A DNA stretch of 64,000 nt from Squalus acanthias (Eukaryota), in contig JASTWF010000037.1 of assembly GCA_030390025.1 (NCBI GenBank), positions 248,001 through 312,000 on the forward strand. Reading direction: 5' to 3'. Positions within the stretch are counted from its first letter, which is position 1. Every line of letters begins with the position of its first letter. A program made the position numbers and the translations under genes. The notes below the pieces were generated by a model that was not told the DNA's origin, did no database searches, and was given only the letters and a program-made list of their open reading frames with translations. Below are positions 24,501 through 38,433 of the stretch, piece after piece.

Positions 24501-25790
24501 GCACTGCCAAACTCCCTTGTTGTCTATTTTCTAGCCTTTGTTTCCTCTGCCTTCCAAACTCGCTTACTGATTTTCTGTCTTCCATTTCCAGCTTTGCTTC
24601 TCTCCCTTCTGAATCCACTCTCAGGTTCCCATCCCCCTGTCAAGCTAGTTTAAACCCTCCCCAACAGCACTAGCAAACCCCCCCGCGAGGATATTGGTCC
24701 CGGTCCTGTTGAGGTGCAACCCTTCCGGCTTGTACAGGTCTCACCTCCCCCAGAAACGGTCCCAATGCCTCAGGAATCTGAAGCCCTCCCTCCTACATCA
24801 TCTCTCCAGCCACGCATTCATCTGCTCTATCCTCCTGTTTCTGTACTCACTAGCACGTGGCACTGGGAGTAATCTGGAGATTACTACCTTTGAGGTCCTG
24901 CTTTTTAATCTCTTTCCTAGCTCCCTAAAATCTGCCTGCAGGACCTCATCCCTCTTTCTACCTATGTCGTTGGTACCGATATGGACCACGACCTCTGCCT
25001 GTTCACCCTCCCAACTCAGAATGTCCTGCAGCCGCTCAGTGACATCCTTGACCCTGGCACCTGGGAGGCAACATCCCATCCTGGAGTCATGTCTGCGGCC
25101 GCAGAAATGCCTGTCCACTCCCCTAACTATCGAATCCCATATGACTATTGCTCTTCCACTCTTCTTCCTCCCACCCTGTGCAGCTGAGCCACCCATGGTG
25201 CTGTGGACTTGGCTCTGGCTGCACTCCCCAGAGGAACCATCGTCCTCACCAGTATTCAGAACTGAAAACCGGTTAGCGAGCGAGAAGCACTCAGGGGATT
25301 TCTGCCCTACCCGTCCTGCTCCTCCTCTTCTGTCTGGTGGTCACCCATTCCCTCTCTTGCTGCACACTCTTAAGCTGCAGGGTGGCCACCTCCTGAAACG
25401 TGCTATCCACGAAGTTCTCAGCCTCGCGGATGCACCGCAGTGACTCCAGCCGCCGCTCAAGCTCCGTAACCCGGAGCTCGAGCTGCTGTAGCTGGCGACA
25501 CTTCCCGCACACGTGGTCGTCCAGGCCACGAGATGCATCCAGGACTTCCCGCATGGCACAGGAAGCGCATTCTACAGGGCTGAGCTGCCATGCCAGGCCT
25601 TTAGTTTGCGGACGATAAACTAGACACGTACCAGCCACTCACCAATCAGCTCCTTCCAGAGATGTGACATCACTATAGCTGTTTTGCAGTAGTTGCGTTT
25701 GTTGTTATCGCTGGTGGTTCTCTGCCTCCTCGCTGGCGCCGCTTTATCCTCTTCCGATCCAGCTCCGTCAGGTCTCGGGCCTCCTCCTCG
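21563..25790 (-). mobile_element. Near full-length degraded CR1 LINE: ORF1 (zinc finger/leucine zipper and SGNH esterase) and ORF2 (APE and RT), 3' end missing
   Basis: 25291-25638 CxxC..CxxC plus coiled coil; 24798-25196 DSIVRG...CLPGA...HIGTND; 24379-24618 YFNARSL...IAITETWL; 23953-24216 YRPP..GDFNYPNI; 22453-23535 RT; FADDTK near 22070. Confidence 0.93.
22084..22554 (-). mobile_element. Full-length DeuSINE (SacSINE1-like) inserted in the CR1 RT
   Basis: Complete head, core and (GAAA)n tail; CTTAA repeated at 22079-22083 and 22555-22559; splits the RT just before FADD. Confidence 0.9.
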
Positions 25791-28700
25791 ATACAGAGTA
25801 AAGCTCCCTCTACACTGTCCCATCAAACACTCCCAGGGCAGGTAAAGCACGGGTTAGATAGAGAGTAAAGCTCCCTCTACACTGTCCCATCAAACTCTCC
25901 CAGAGCAGGTACAGCACGGGTTAGATACAGAGTAAAGCTCCCTCTACACTGTCCCATCAAACACTCCCAGGGCAGGTACAGCACGGGTTAGATACAGAGT
26001 AAAGCTCCCTCTACACTGTCCCATCAAACACTCCCAGGGCAGGTACAGCATGGGTTAGATACAGGGTAAAGCTCCCTCTACACTGTCCCATCAAACACTC
26101 CCAGGGCAGGTACAGCATGGGTTAGATACAGGGTAAAGCTCCCTCTACACTGTCCCATCAAACACTCCCAGGGCAGGTACAGCACGGGTTAGATACAGAG
26201 TAAAGCTCCCTCTACACTGTCCCATAAAATACACCCAGGGCAGGTACAGCACGGGTTAGATACAGGATAAAGCTTCCTCTACACTGTCCCATAAAACACA
26301 CCCAGGGCAGGTACAGCACGGGTTAGATACAGGGTAAAGCTCCCTCTACACTGTCCCATCAAACACTCCCAGGGCAGGTACAGTACGGGTTAGATACAGA
26401 GTAAAGCTGCCTCTACACTGTCCCATAAAACACACCCAGGAGAGGAACAGTGCGGGTTAGATACAGAGTAAAACTTCCTTTATACTGTCCCATCAAACAC
26501 TCCCAGGGCAGGTACAGCACGGGTCAGATACAGAGTAAAGCTTCCTCTACACTGTCCCATCAAACACTCCCAGGGCAGGTACAGCACGGGTTAGATACAG
26601 AGTAAAGCTCCCTCTACACTGTCCCATCAAACACTCCCAGGGCAGGTACAGCACGGGTCAGATACAGAGTAAAGCTTCCTCTACACTGTCACATCAAACG
26701 CTCCCAGGACAGGTACAGCATGGGTTAGGTACAGAGTAAAGCTCCCTCTACACTGTCCCATCAAACACTCCCAGGAGAGGAACAGCACGGGTTAGATACA
26801 GAGTAAAGCTCCCTCTACACTGTCCCAGCAAACACTCCCAGGGCAGGTACACCACGGGTTAGATACAGAGTAAAGCTCCCTCTACACTTTCCCATCAAAC
26901 ACTCCCAGGGCAGGTACAGCACGGGTTAGATACAGAGTAAAGCTCCCTCTACACTGTCCCATCAAACACTCCCAGGGCAGGTACAGCACGGGTTAGATAC
27001 AGAGTAAAGCTCCCTCAACACTTTTCCATCAAACACTCCCAGGGCAGGTACAGCATGGGTTCGATACAGAGTAAAGCTCCCTCTACACTGTCCAATCAAA
27101 CACTCCCAGGGCTGGTACAGCACGGGTTAGATACAGAGTAAAGCTCCCTCTACACTGTCCCAGCAAACACTCCCAGGGCAGGTACACCACGGGTTAGATA
27201 CAGAGTAAAGCTCCCTCTACACTTTCCCATCAAACACTCCCAGGGCAGGTACAGCACGGGTTAGATACAGAGTAAAGCTCCCTCTACACTGTCCCATCAA
27301 ACACTCCCAGGGCAGGTACAGCACGGGTTAGATACAGAGTAAAGCTCCCTCAACACTTTTCCATCAAACACTCCCAGGGCAGGTACAGCACGAGATAGAT
27401 AAAACTTCCTCTACACTGTCCCATCAAACACTCCCAGGAGAGGAACAGCACGGATGAGGTACAGTGTAAAGCTCCCTCTACACTGTCCCATCAAACACTC
27501 CCAGGGCAGGTACAGCATGGGTTCGATACAGAGTAAAGCTCCCTCTACACTGTCCAATCAAACACTCCCAGGGCTGGTACAGCACGGGTTAGATACAGAG
27601 TAAAGCTCCCTCTACACTGTCCCATCAAACACTCCCAGGGCAGGTACAGCATGGGTTCGATACAGAGTAAAGCTCCCTCTACACTGTCCAATCAAACACT
27701 CCCAGGGCTGGTACAGCACGGGTTAGATACAGAGTAAAGCTCCCTCTACACTGTCCCATCAAACACTCCCAGGGCAGGTAGAGCACGGGTTAGATACAGA
27801 GTAAAGCTCCCTCTACACTGTCCCATCAAACACTCCCGGGCAGGTACAGCACGGGTTAGATAGAGAGTAAAGCTCCCTCTACACTGTCCCAATCAAACAC
27901 TCCCAGGGCTGGTACAGCACGGGTTAGATACAGAGTAAAGCTCCCTCTACACTGCCCCATCAAAAACTCCCAGGGCAGATACAGCACGGGTTAGATACAG
28001 ACTAATGCTCCCTCTACACTGTCCCAATCAAACACTCCCAGGGCAGGTACACCACGGGTTAGATACAGAGTAAAGATCCCTCTGCACTGTCCCATCAAAC
28101 ACTCCCAGGGCAGGTACACCACGGGCTAGATACAGACTAAAGCTCGCTCTACACTGTCCCATCAAACACTCACTGGAGAGGAACAGCATGGGTCAGATAC
28201 AGAGTAAAGCTCCCTCTACACTGTCCCATCAAACACTCCCAGGGCAGGTACAGTACGGGTTAGATACAGAGTAAAGCTGCCTCTACACTGTCCCATAAAA
28301 CACACCCAGGAGAGGAACAGTGCGGGTTAGATACAGAGTAAAACTTCCTTTATACTGTCCCATCAAACACTCCCAGGGCAGGTACAGCACGGGTCAGATA
28401 CAGAGTAAAGCTTCCTCTACACTGTCCCATCAAACACTCCCAGGGCAGGTACAGCACGGGTTAGATACAGAGTAAAGCTCCCTCTACACTGTCCCATCAA
28501 ACACTCCCAGGGCAGGTACAGCACGGGTCAGATACAGAGTAAAGCTTCCTCTACACTGTCACATCAAACGCTCCCAGGACAGGTACAGCATGGGTTAGGT
28601 ACAGAGTAAAGCTCCCTCTACACTGTCCCATCAAACACTCCCAGGAGAGGAACAGCACGGGTTAGATACAGAGTAAAGCTCCCTCTACACTGTCCCAGCA

Positions 28701-30420
28701 AACACTCCCAGGGCAGGTACACCACGGGTTAGATACAGAGTAAAGCTCCCTCTACACTTTCCCATCAAACACTCCCAGGGCAGGTACAGCACGGGTTAGA
28801 TACAGAGTAAAGCTCCCTCTACACTGTCCCATCAAACACTCCCAGGGCAGGTACAGCACGGGTTAGATACAGAGTAAAGCTCCCTCAACACTTTTCCATC
28901 AAACACTCCCAGGGCAGGTACAGCATGGGTTCGATACAGAGTAAAGCTCCCTCTACACTGTCCAATCAAACACTCCCAGGGCTGGTACAGCACGGGTTAG
29001 ATACAGAGTAAAGCTCCCTCTACACTGTCCCAGCAAACACTCCCAGGGCAGGTACACCACGGGTTAGATACAGAGTAAAGCTCCCTCTACACTTTCCCAT
29101 CAAACACTCCCAGGGCAGGTACAGCACGGGTTAGATACAGAGTAAAGCTCCCTCTACACTGTCCCATCAAACACTCCCAGGGCAGGTACAGCACGGGTTA
29201 GATACAGAGTAAAGCTCCCTCAACACTTTTCCATCAAACACTCCCAGGGCAGGTACAGCACGAGATAGATAAAACTTCCTCTACACTGTCCCATCAAACA
29301 CTCCCAGGAGAGGAACAGCACGGATGAGGTACAGTGTAAAGCTCCCTCTACACTGTCCCATCAAACACTCCCAGGGCAGGTACAGCATGGGTTCGATACA
29401 GAGTAAAGCTCCCTCTACACTGTCCAATCAAACACTCCCAGGGCTGGTACAGCACGGGTTAGATACAGAGTAAAGCTCCCTCTACACTGTCCCATCAAAC
29501 ACTCCCAGGGCAGGTACAGCATGGGTTCGATACAGAGTAAAGCTCCCTCTACACTGTCCAATCAAACACTCCCAGGGCTGGTACAGCACGGGTTAGATAC
29601 AGAGTAAAGCTCCCTCTACACTGTCCCATCAAACACTCCCAGGGCAGGTAGAGCACGGGTTAGATACAGAGTAAAGCTCCCTCTACACTGTCCCATCAAA
29701 CACTCCCGGGGCAGGTACAGCACGGGTTAGATAGAGAGTAAAGCTCCCTCTACACTGTCCCAATCAAACACTCCCAGGGCTGGTACAGCACGGGTTAGAT
29801 ACAGAGTAAAGCTCCCTCTACACTGCCCCATCAAAAACTCCCAGGGCAGATACAGCACGGGTTAGATACAGACTAATGCTCCCTCTACACTGTCCCAATC
29901 AAACACTCCCAGGGCAGGTACACCACGGGTTAGATACAGAGTAAAGATCCCTCTACACTGTCCCATCAAACACTCCCAGGGCAGGTACACCACGGGCTAG
30001 ATACAGACTAAAGCTCGCTCTACACTGTCCCATCAAACACTCACTGGAGAGGAACAGCATGGGTCAGATACAGAGTAAAGCTCCCTCTACACTGTCCCAT
30101 CAAACACTCCCAGGGCAGGTATAGCATGGGTTAGATACAGAGTAATGCATGCTCTACACAGTCCCATCAAACACTCCCGGGACAGGTACAGCACTGGTTT
30201 GATACAGAGTAAAGCTCCCTCTGCACTGTCTGATCAAACACTCCCAGGGCAGGTACAGCACGGGTTCGATACAGAGTAAAGCTCCATCTACACTGACCCA
30301 TCAAACACTCCCAGGGCAGGTACAGCACGGGTTAGATACAGAGTAAAGCTCCCTCTACACTGTCCCATCAAACACTCCCAGGGCAGGTACAGCACGGGTC
30401 AGATACAGAGTAAAGCTCCC
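25790..30420. repeat. 67-bp tandem satellite, about 69 units, with a 1.87-kb higher-order duplication
   Basis: Same unit as 20895; diagnostic variants recur at offset 1870-1871. Confidence 0.97.
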
Positions 30421-31412
30421 CAACTCCTTACAATCTATATTAACGATTTGGAGGAGGGGACTGAGTGTAACATATCAAAGTTTGCAGATGATACAAAGAT
30501 GGGAGGGAAAGTAGAAAGTGAGGAGGACATAAAAATCCTACAAGGGGATATAGACAGGCTGGGTGAGTGGGCGGAGATTTGGCAGATGCAATACAATATT
30601 GGAAAATGTGAGGTTATGCACTTTGGCAGGAAAAATCAGAGAGCAAGTTATTATCTTAATGGCGAGAAACTGGAAAGTACTGCAGTACAAAGGGATCTGG
30701 GGGTCCTAGTGCAAGAAAATCAAAAAGTTAGTATGCAGGTGCAGCAGGTGATCAAGAAGGCCAACGGAATGTTGGCTTTTATTGCTAGGGGGATAGATTA
30801 TAAAAACAGGGAGGTATTGCTGCAGTTATATAAGGTATTGGTGAGACCGCACCTGGAATACTGCGTACTGTTTTGGTGTCCATACTTAAGAAAAGACATA
30901 CTTGCTCTCGAGGCAGTACAAAGAAGGTTCACTCGGTTAATCCCGGGGATGAGGGGGTGGACATATGAGGAAAGGTTGAGTAGATTGGGTCTCTACTCAT
31001 TGGAGTTCAGAAGAATGAGGGGCGATCTTATTGAAACATATAAGATTGTGAAGGGGCTTGATCGGGTGGATGCGGTAAGGATGTTCCCAAGGATGGGTGA
31101 AACTAGAACTAGGGGGCATAATCTTAGAATAAGGGGCTGCTCTTTCAAAACTGAGATGAGGAGAAACTTCTTCACTCAGAGGGTAGTAAGTCTGTGGAAT
31201 TTGCTGCCCCAGGAAGCTGTGGAAGCTACATCATTAAATAAATTTAAAACAGAAATAGACAGTTTCCTAGAAGTAAAGGGAATTAGGGGTTACGGGGAGC
31301 GGGCAGGAATTTGGACATGAGGCTGAGTTCGGATCGGTCAGGGCCCTGTGGGTGGCGGAGCAGGCTCGAGGGGCCGATTGGCCTACTCCTGCTCCTATTT
31401 CTTATGTTCTTA
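30421..31412 (+). mobile_element. Young 5'-truncated CR1 LINE inserted in the satellite
   Basis: Uninterrupted 290-aa frame KFADDTK...RDLGV...RPHLEYC...TRGH...WNLLP, then 3' UTR and TTCTTATGTTCTTA tail. Confidence 0.93.
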
Positions 31413-32211
31413 CACTGACCCATCAAACACTCCCAGGGCAGGTACAGCACGGGTTAGATACAGAGTAAGGCTCCCTCTACACTGTCCCATCAAACACTCC
31501 CAGGGCAGGTACAGCACGGGTTAGATACAGAGTAAAGCTCCCTCTACACTGTCCCATCAAACACTCCCAGGGCAGGTACACCACGGGTTAGATACAGAGT
31601 AAAGCTCACTCTACACTGTCCCATCAAACACTCCCAGGGCAGGCATAGCATGGGTTAGATACAGAGTAAAGCTCCCTCTACACTGTCCCATCAAACACTC
31701 CCAGGGCAGGCATAGCATGGGTTAGATACAGAGTAAAGCTACCTCTACACTATCCCATCAAACACTCCCAGGGCAGGGACTGCACGGGTTAGATACAGAG
31801 TAAAGCTCCCTCTCCACTGTCCCATCAAACACTCCCAGGGCAGGGACTACACGGGATAGATACAGAGTAAAGCTCCCTCTACACTGTCCCATCAAACACT
31901 CCCAGGGCAGGGACTACACGGGTTAGATACAGAGTAAAGCTCCCTCTACACTGTCCCATCAAACAATCCCAGGGCATGGAAATCACAGGTTAGATAGAGA
32001 GTAAAGCTCCCTCTACACTGTCCCATAAAACACTCCCAGGGCTGGTACAGCACGGGTTAGATACAGAGTAAAGCTCCCTCTACACTGTCCCATCAAACAC
32101 TCCCAGGGCAGGTACAGCACGGGTTAGATACAGAGTAAAGCTCCCTCTACACTGTCCCATCAAACACTCCCGGGGCAGGTACAGCACGGGTTAGATACAG
32201 AGTAAAGCTCC
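31411..32211. repeat. 67-bp tandem satellite, about 12 units
   Basis: Continuation of the array after the CR1 insertion. Confidence 0.95.
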
Positions 32212-32213
32212 TA

Positions 32214-33780
32214 TCTCGAATCACTCGGCCTAGTCTTCCTTCCCCTCAGACCCCTCACCTCGATTCACTCGGCCTAGTCTTCCTCCACCTCAGACCCCTC
32301 ACCTCGAATCACTCAGCCTTGTCTTCCTCCACCTCAGGGCCCTCGCTCGAATCACTCGGCCTAGTCTTCCTCCCCCTCAGGCCCCTCGCTCGATTCACTC
32401 GGCCTAGTCTTCCTCCACCTCAGGCCCCTCACCTCAAATCACTCGGCCTAGTCTTCCTCCATCTCAGGCCCCTCGCCTCGATTCACTCGGCCTAGTCTTC
32501 CTCCACCTCAGGCCCCTCGCTTCGAACCACTCGGCCTAGTCTTCCTCCACCTCAGGCCCCTCACCTCGAATCACTTGGCCTAGTCTTCCTCCCGCTCAGG
32601 CCTGTCACCTCGAATCACTTGGCCTAGTCTTCCTCCCGCTCAGGCCTGTCACCTCGAATCACTCGGCCGAGTCTTCCTCCCCCTCAGACCCCTTGCCTCG
32701 AACCACTCGGCCTAGTCTTCCTCCATCTCAGATCCCTCGCCTCGAATCACTCGCCCGAGTCTTCCTCCATCTCAGACCCCTCGCCTCGAATCACTCGGCC
32801 TACTCTTCCTCCCCGTCAGACCACTCACCTCGAATCACTCGGCCTTGTCGTCCTCCACCTCAGGCCCCTCACCTCGAATCACTCGGCCTAGTCTTCCTCC
32901 CCCTCAGACCCCTCACCTCGAATCACGCGGCCTAGTCTTCCTCCCCCTCAGGCCCCTCACCTCGAATCTCTCGGCCTAGTCTTCCTCCCCCTCAGGCCCC
33001 TCACCTTGTATCACTCGGCCTAGTCTTCCTCCACCTCAGGCCCCTCGCTCGAATCACTCGGCCTAGTCTTCCTCCACCACAGGCCCCTCGCTCGATTCAC
33101 TCGGCCTAGTCTTCCTCCACCTCAGGCCTCTCACCTCGAATCACTCGGCCTAGTCTTCCTCCACCTCAGGCCTCTCACCTCAAATCACTCGGCCTAGTCT
33201 TCCTCCACCTCAGGCCCCTCGCTCGATTCACTCGGCCTAGTCTTCCTCCCCCTCAGGCCTCTCACCTCGAATCACTCGGCCTAGTCTTCCTCCACCTCAG
33301 GCCCCTCACCTCGAATCACTCGGCCTAGTGTTTCTCCACCTCAGGCCCCTTGCCTCGAATCACTCGGCCTAGTCTTCCTCCACCTCAGGCCCCTCGCTCG
33401 AATCACTCGGCCTAGTCTTCCTCCACCTCAGGCCCTTCGCTCGAATCACTCGGCCTAGTCTTCCTCCCGCTCAGGCCCCTCACCTCGAATCACTCGGCCT
33501 AGTCTTCCTCCCCCTCAGGCCCCTCGCTCGAATCACTCGGCCTAGTCTTCCTCCCCCTCAGGCCTGTCACCTCGAATCACTCGGCCTAGTCTTCCTCCCC
33601 CTCAGGCCCCTCGCTCGAATCACTCGGCCTAGTCTTCCTCCCCCTCAGGCCTGTCACATCGAATCACTCGGCCTAGACTTCCTCCCCCTCAGGCCCGTCA
33701 CCTCGAATCACTCGGCCTAGTCTTCCTCCCCCTCAGGCCCCTCGCTCGAATCACTCGGCCTAGTCGGGACCTCCACCTCA
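32214..33780. repeat. 43-44-bp tandem satellite (CCTCGAATCACTCGGCCTAGTCTTCCTCCACCTCAGGCCCCTCA), about 36 units
   Basis: TCACTCGGCC recurs at 32221 and 32265; directly abuts the 67-bp array. Confidence 0.95.
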
Positions 33781-33971
33781 GTCGTGTTTCTTCGACCCCT
33801 CCATGTGGAACCCTCCATTGTGATGCAACCATCATGTGACAGGAAGGTCGCTGATGAAAGCAATGATGTCATTGAGCTTTAAGTAATGTGTAATGTAGGA
33901 CTTGTGAAATATTCATACAGAACATTTCTGGATTATCTCCACCACTAAATGGGGCTGTGTGAGGTGCCTAG

Positions 33972-36900
33972 GGATACAGTACTGGTGGGTACAGGTCTGT
34001 CAGTGTATAACACTGGGATACTGCACTGGGGTTACAGGTCTGTCAGTGTATAACACTGGGGTACAGTACTGGTGAGAACAGGTCTGTCACTGTATAACAC
34101 TGGGGTACAGTACTGGTGAGAACAGGTCTGTCACTGTATAACACTGGGGTACAGTACTGGTGGGTACAGGACTGTCGCTGTATAACACTGGGGTACAGTA
34201 CTGGTGGGTACAGGTCTGTCACTGTATAACACTGGGGTACAGTACTGGTGGGTACAGCACTGTCGCTGTATAACACTGGGGTACAGTACTGGTGGGTACA
34301 GGTCTGTCACTGTATAACACTGGGGTACAGTACTGGTGGGTACAGGACTGTCGCTGTATAACACTGGGGTACAGTACTGGTGGGTACAGGTCTGTCAGTG
34401 TATAACACTGGGGTACAGTACTGGTGGGTACAGGTCTGTCACTGTATAACACTGGGGTACAGTACTGGTGGGTACAGGACTGTCGCTGTATAACACTGGG
34501 GTACAGTACTGGTGGGTACAGGTCTGTCAGTGTATAACACTGGGGTACAGTACTGGTGGGTACAGGTCTGTCACTGTATAACACTGGGGTACAGTACTGG
34601 TGGGTACAGGTCTGTCACTGTATAACACTGGGGTACAGTACTGGTGGGTACAGGTCTGTCGCTGTATAACACTGGGGTACAGTACTGGTGGGTACAGGTC
34701 TGTCGCTGTATAACACTGGGGTACAGTACTGGTGGGTACAGGTCTGTCGCTGTATAACACTGGGGTACAGTACTGGTGGGTACAGGTCTGTCACTGTATA
34801 ACACTGGGGTACAGTACTGGTGGGTATAGGTCCGTCACTGTATAACATTGGGGTACAGTACTGGTGGGTACAGGTCTGTGACTGTATAACATTGGGGTAC
34901 AGTACTGGTGGGTACAGGTCTGTCACTGTATAACACTAGGGTACAGTACTGGTGGGTACAGGTCTGTCACTGTATAACACTGGGGTACAGTACTGGTGGG
35001 TACAGGTCTGTGACTGTACAACACTGGGGTACAGTACTGGTGGGTACAGGTCTGTCGCTGTATAACACTGGGGTACAGTACTGGTGGGTACAGGTTTGTC
35101 ACTGTATAACACTGGGGTACAGTACTGGTGGGTGCAGGTCTGTCGCTGTATAACACTGGGGTACAGTACTGGTGGGTACAGGTCTGTCACTCTATAACAC
35201 TGGGGTACAGTACTGGTGGGTACAGGTCTGTCACTGTATAACAGTGGAGTACAGTACTGGTGGGTACAGGTCTGTCACTGTATAACAGTGGGGTACAGTA
35301 CTGGTGGGTACAGGTCTGTGACTGTATAACACTGGGGTACAGTACTGGAGGGTACAGGTCTGTCACTGTATAACACTGGGGTACAGTACTGGTGGGTACA
35401 GGTCTGTCACTGTATAACACTGGGGTACAGTACTGGTGGGTACAGGTCTGTCACTGTATAACACTGGGGTACAGTACTGGTGGGTACAGGTTTGTCACTG
35501 TCTAACACTGGGGTACAGTACTGGTGGGTACAGGTCTGTCACTGTATAACAATGGGGTACAGTACTGGTGGGTACAGGTCTGTCACTGTATAACACGGGT
35601 ACAGTACTGGTGGGTACAGGTCTGTCACTGTGTAACACTGTGGTACAGTACTGGTGTGTATAGGTCTGTTGCTGTATAACACGGGTACAGTACTGGTGGG
35701 TATGGGTCCGTCACTGTATAACATTGGGGTACAGTACTGGTGGGTACAGGTTTGTCACTGTATAACACTGGGGTACAGTACTGCTGGGTACAGGTCTGTC
35801 ACTGTATAACACGGGTACAGTACTAGTGGGTACAGGTCTGTCACTGTATAACACTGGGGTACAGTACTGGTGGGTGCAGGTCTGTCACTGTATAACACTG
35901 GGGTACAGTACTGGTGGGTACAGGTCTGTCACTGTATAACACTGGGGTACAGTACTGGAGGGTACAGCTCTGTCGCTGCATAACACTGGGGTACAGTACT
36001 GGTGGGTACAGGTTTGTCACTGTATAACACTGGGGTACAGCACTGGTGGGTACAGGTCTGTCACTGTATAACACTGGGGTACAGTACTGGTGGGTACAGG
36101 TCTGTCGCTGTATAACACTGGGGTACAGTACTGGTGGGTACAGGTCTGTGACTGTATAACACTGGGGTACAGTACTGGTGGGTACAGGTCTGTCGCTGTA
36201 TAACACTGTGGTACAGTACTGGTGGGTACAGGTCTGTCACTGTATAACACTGGGGTACAGTACTGGTGGGTACACGTCTGTTACTGTATAACACTGGGGT
36301 ACAGTACTGGTGGGTACAGGTCTGTCACTGTATAACACTGGGATACAGTACTGGTGGGTACAGGTCTGTCACTGTACAACACTGGGGTACAGTACTGGTG
36401 GGTACAGGTCTCTCACTATAACACAGGGTACAGTACTGGTGGATACAGGTCTGTCACTGTATAACACTGGGGTACAGTACTGGTGGATACAGGTCTGTTG
36501 CTGTATAACACTGGAGTACAGTACTGGTGGGTACAGGTCTGTCACTGTACAACACTGGGGTACATTACTGGTAGGTACAGGTCTATCACTGTATAACACT
36601 GGAGTGCAGTACTGGTGGGTACAGGTCTGTCACTATAACACTGGGGTACAGTACTGGTGGATACAGGTCTGTCACTGTATAACACTGGGGTGCAGTACTG
36701 GTGGGTACACGTCTGTTACTGTATAACACTGGGGTACAGTACTGGTGGGTACAGGTCTGTCACTGTATAACCCTGGGATACAGTACTGGTGGGTACAGGT
36801 CTGTCACTGTACAACACTGGGGTACAGTACTGGTGGGTACAGGTCTGTCACTATAACACTGGGGTACAGTACTGGTGGATACAGGTCTGTCACTGTATAA

Positions 36901-38019
36901 CACTGGAGTACAGTACTGGTGGGTACACGTCTGTTACTGTATAACACTGGGGTACAGTACTGGTGGGTACAGGTCTGTCGCTGTATAACACTGGGGTACA
37001 GTACTGGTGGGTACAGGTTTGTCACTGTATAACACTGGGGTACAGTACTGGAGGGTACAGGTCTGTCACTGAATAACACTGGGGTACAGTACTGGTGGGT
37101 ACAGGTCTGTCACTGTATAACACTGGGGTACAGTACTGGTGGGTACAGGTCTGTCACTGTACAACACTGGGGTACAGTACTGGTGGGTACAGGTCTGTCA
37201 CTATAACACTGGGGTACAGTACTGGTGGATACAGGTCTGTCACTGTATAACACTGGGATACAGTACTGGTGGGTACAGGTCTGTCACTGTATAACACTGG
37301 GGTACAGTACTGGTGGATACAGGTCTGTCACTGTATAACACTGGGATACAGTACTGGTGGATACAGGTCTGTTGCTGTATAACACTGGGGTACAGTACTG
37401 GTGGATACAGATCTGTGACTGTATAACACTGGGGTACATTACTGGTGGGTACAGGTCTATCACTGTATAACACTGGAGTACAGTACTGGTGGGTACAGGT
37501 CTGTCACTGTATAACACTGGGGTACAGTACTGGTGGGTACAGGTCTATCACTGTATAACACTGGAGTACAGTACTGGTGGCTACTGGTCTGTCACTGTAT
37601 AACACTGGGGTACAGAACTGGTGGGTACAGGTCTGTCACTGTATAACCCTGGGATACAGTACTGGTGGGTACAGGTCTGTCACTGTACAACACTGGGGTA
37701 CAGTACTGGTGGGTACAGGTCTGTCACTATAACACTGGGGTACAGTACTGGTGGATACAGGTCTGTCACTGTATAACACTGGGATACAGTACTGGTGGGT
37801 GCTGGTCTGTCACTGTACAACACTGGGGTACAGTACTGGTGGGTACAGGTCTGTCACTGTATAACACTGGGGTACAGTACTGGTGGATACAGGTCTGTCA
37901 CTGTATAACACTGGGGTACAGTACTGGTGGATACAGGTCTGTCACTGTATAACACTGGGGTACAGAACTGGTGGATACAGGTCTGTCACTATATAACACT
38001 GGGGTACAGTACTGGTGGA
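33972..38019. repeat. 44-bp tandem satellite (GGGGTACAGTACTGGTGGGTACAGGTCTGTCACTGTATAACACT), about 92 units
   Basis: Periodicity is directly visible; ends about 97 nt before the third rhomboid exon. Confidence 0.97.
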
Positions 38020-38116
38020 GCTCGACAAAGCCGAAATGAAGTTTGCTAAATTAAATTCATATATAAATAAGCTGCATGATCCATACAGACTGGTTGTCCT
38101 TTTCTCCTGGATTTAG

Positions 38117-38217
38117 ATCTTCTTTCGTTGGCCACTTAGCAGGCATTCTGGTTGGCTTGGCCTACGTGAAAGGACCCCTGAAGATGATAATAAATTGGTT
38201 TACTGGCAAAGAATATG
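38117..38217 (+). CDS. RHBDD1: RHBDD1-like rhomboid protease, third coding exon with catalytic His (end 38205 if the GC donor is used, 38217 if the GT donor)
   Basis: Acceptor tttctcctggatttag|A completes AGA; reads SSFVGHLAGILVGLAYVKGPLKMII (human from memory: TSFAGHLAGILVGLMYTQGPLKKIM); phase-1 donors ACTG|gcaaag and TATG|gtaatg. Confidence 0.9.
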
Positions 38218-38433
38218 GTAATGTGCGATTTGCAGAGTGCTGCCACCATTCGCGGAATGTATATCTGGACTGCGAGCCCGATCGAGCGGCGATGATGGCA
38301 GATGTTTTCAGTGCTGATGATGGTAGAGCTTTTTGACAATCTTTGCCAAATGACCAAAATTACGTGCGTGGGCGGCGTTAAGGTTACATCTTCTCCACGG
38401 CCATGTATGAATCCCAGGGGTTGGGTTCCCAGT

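Noticed and set aside
34043..37952. Many short repetitive ORFs
   Set aside because: Translations of the 44-bp satellite.
20895..38019. Regular repeats as CRISPR arrays
   Set aside because: Units are contiguous with no unique spacers and no cas genes.
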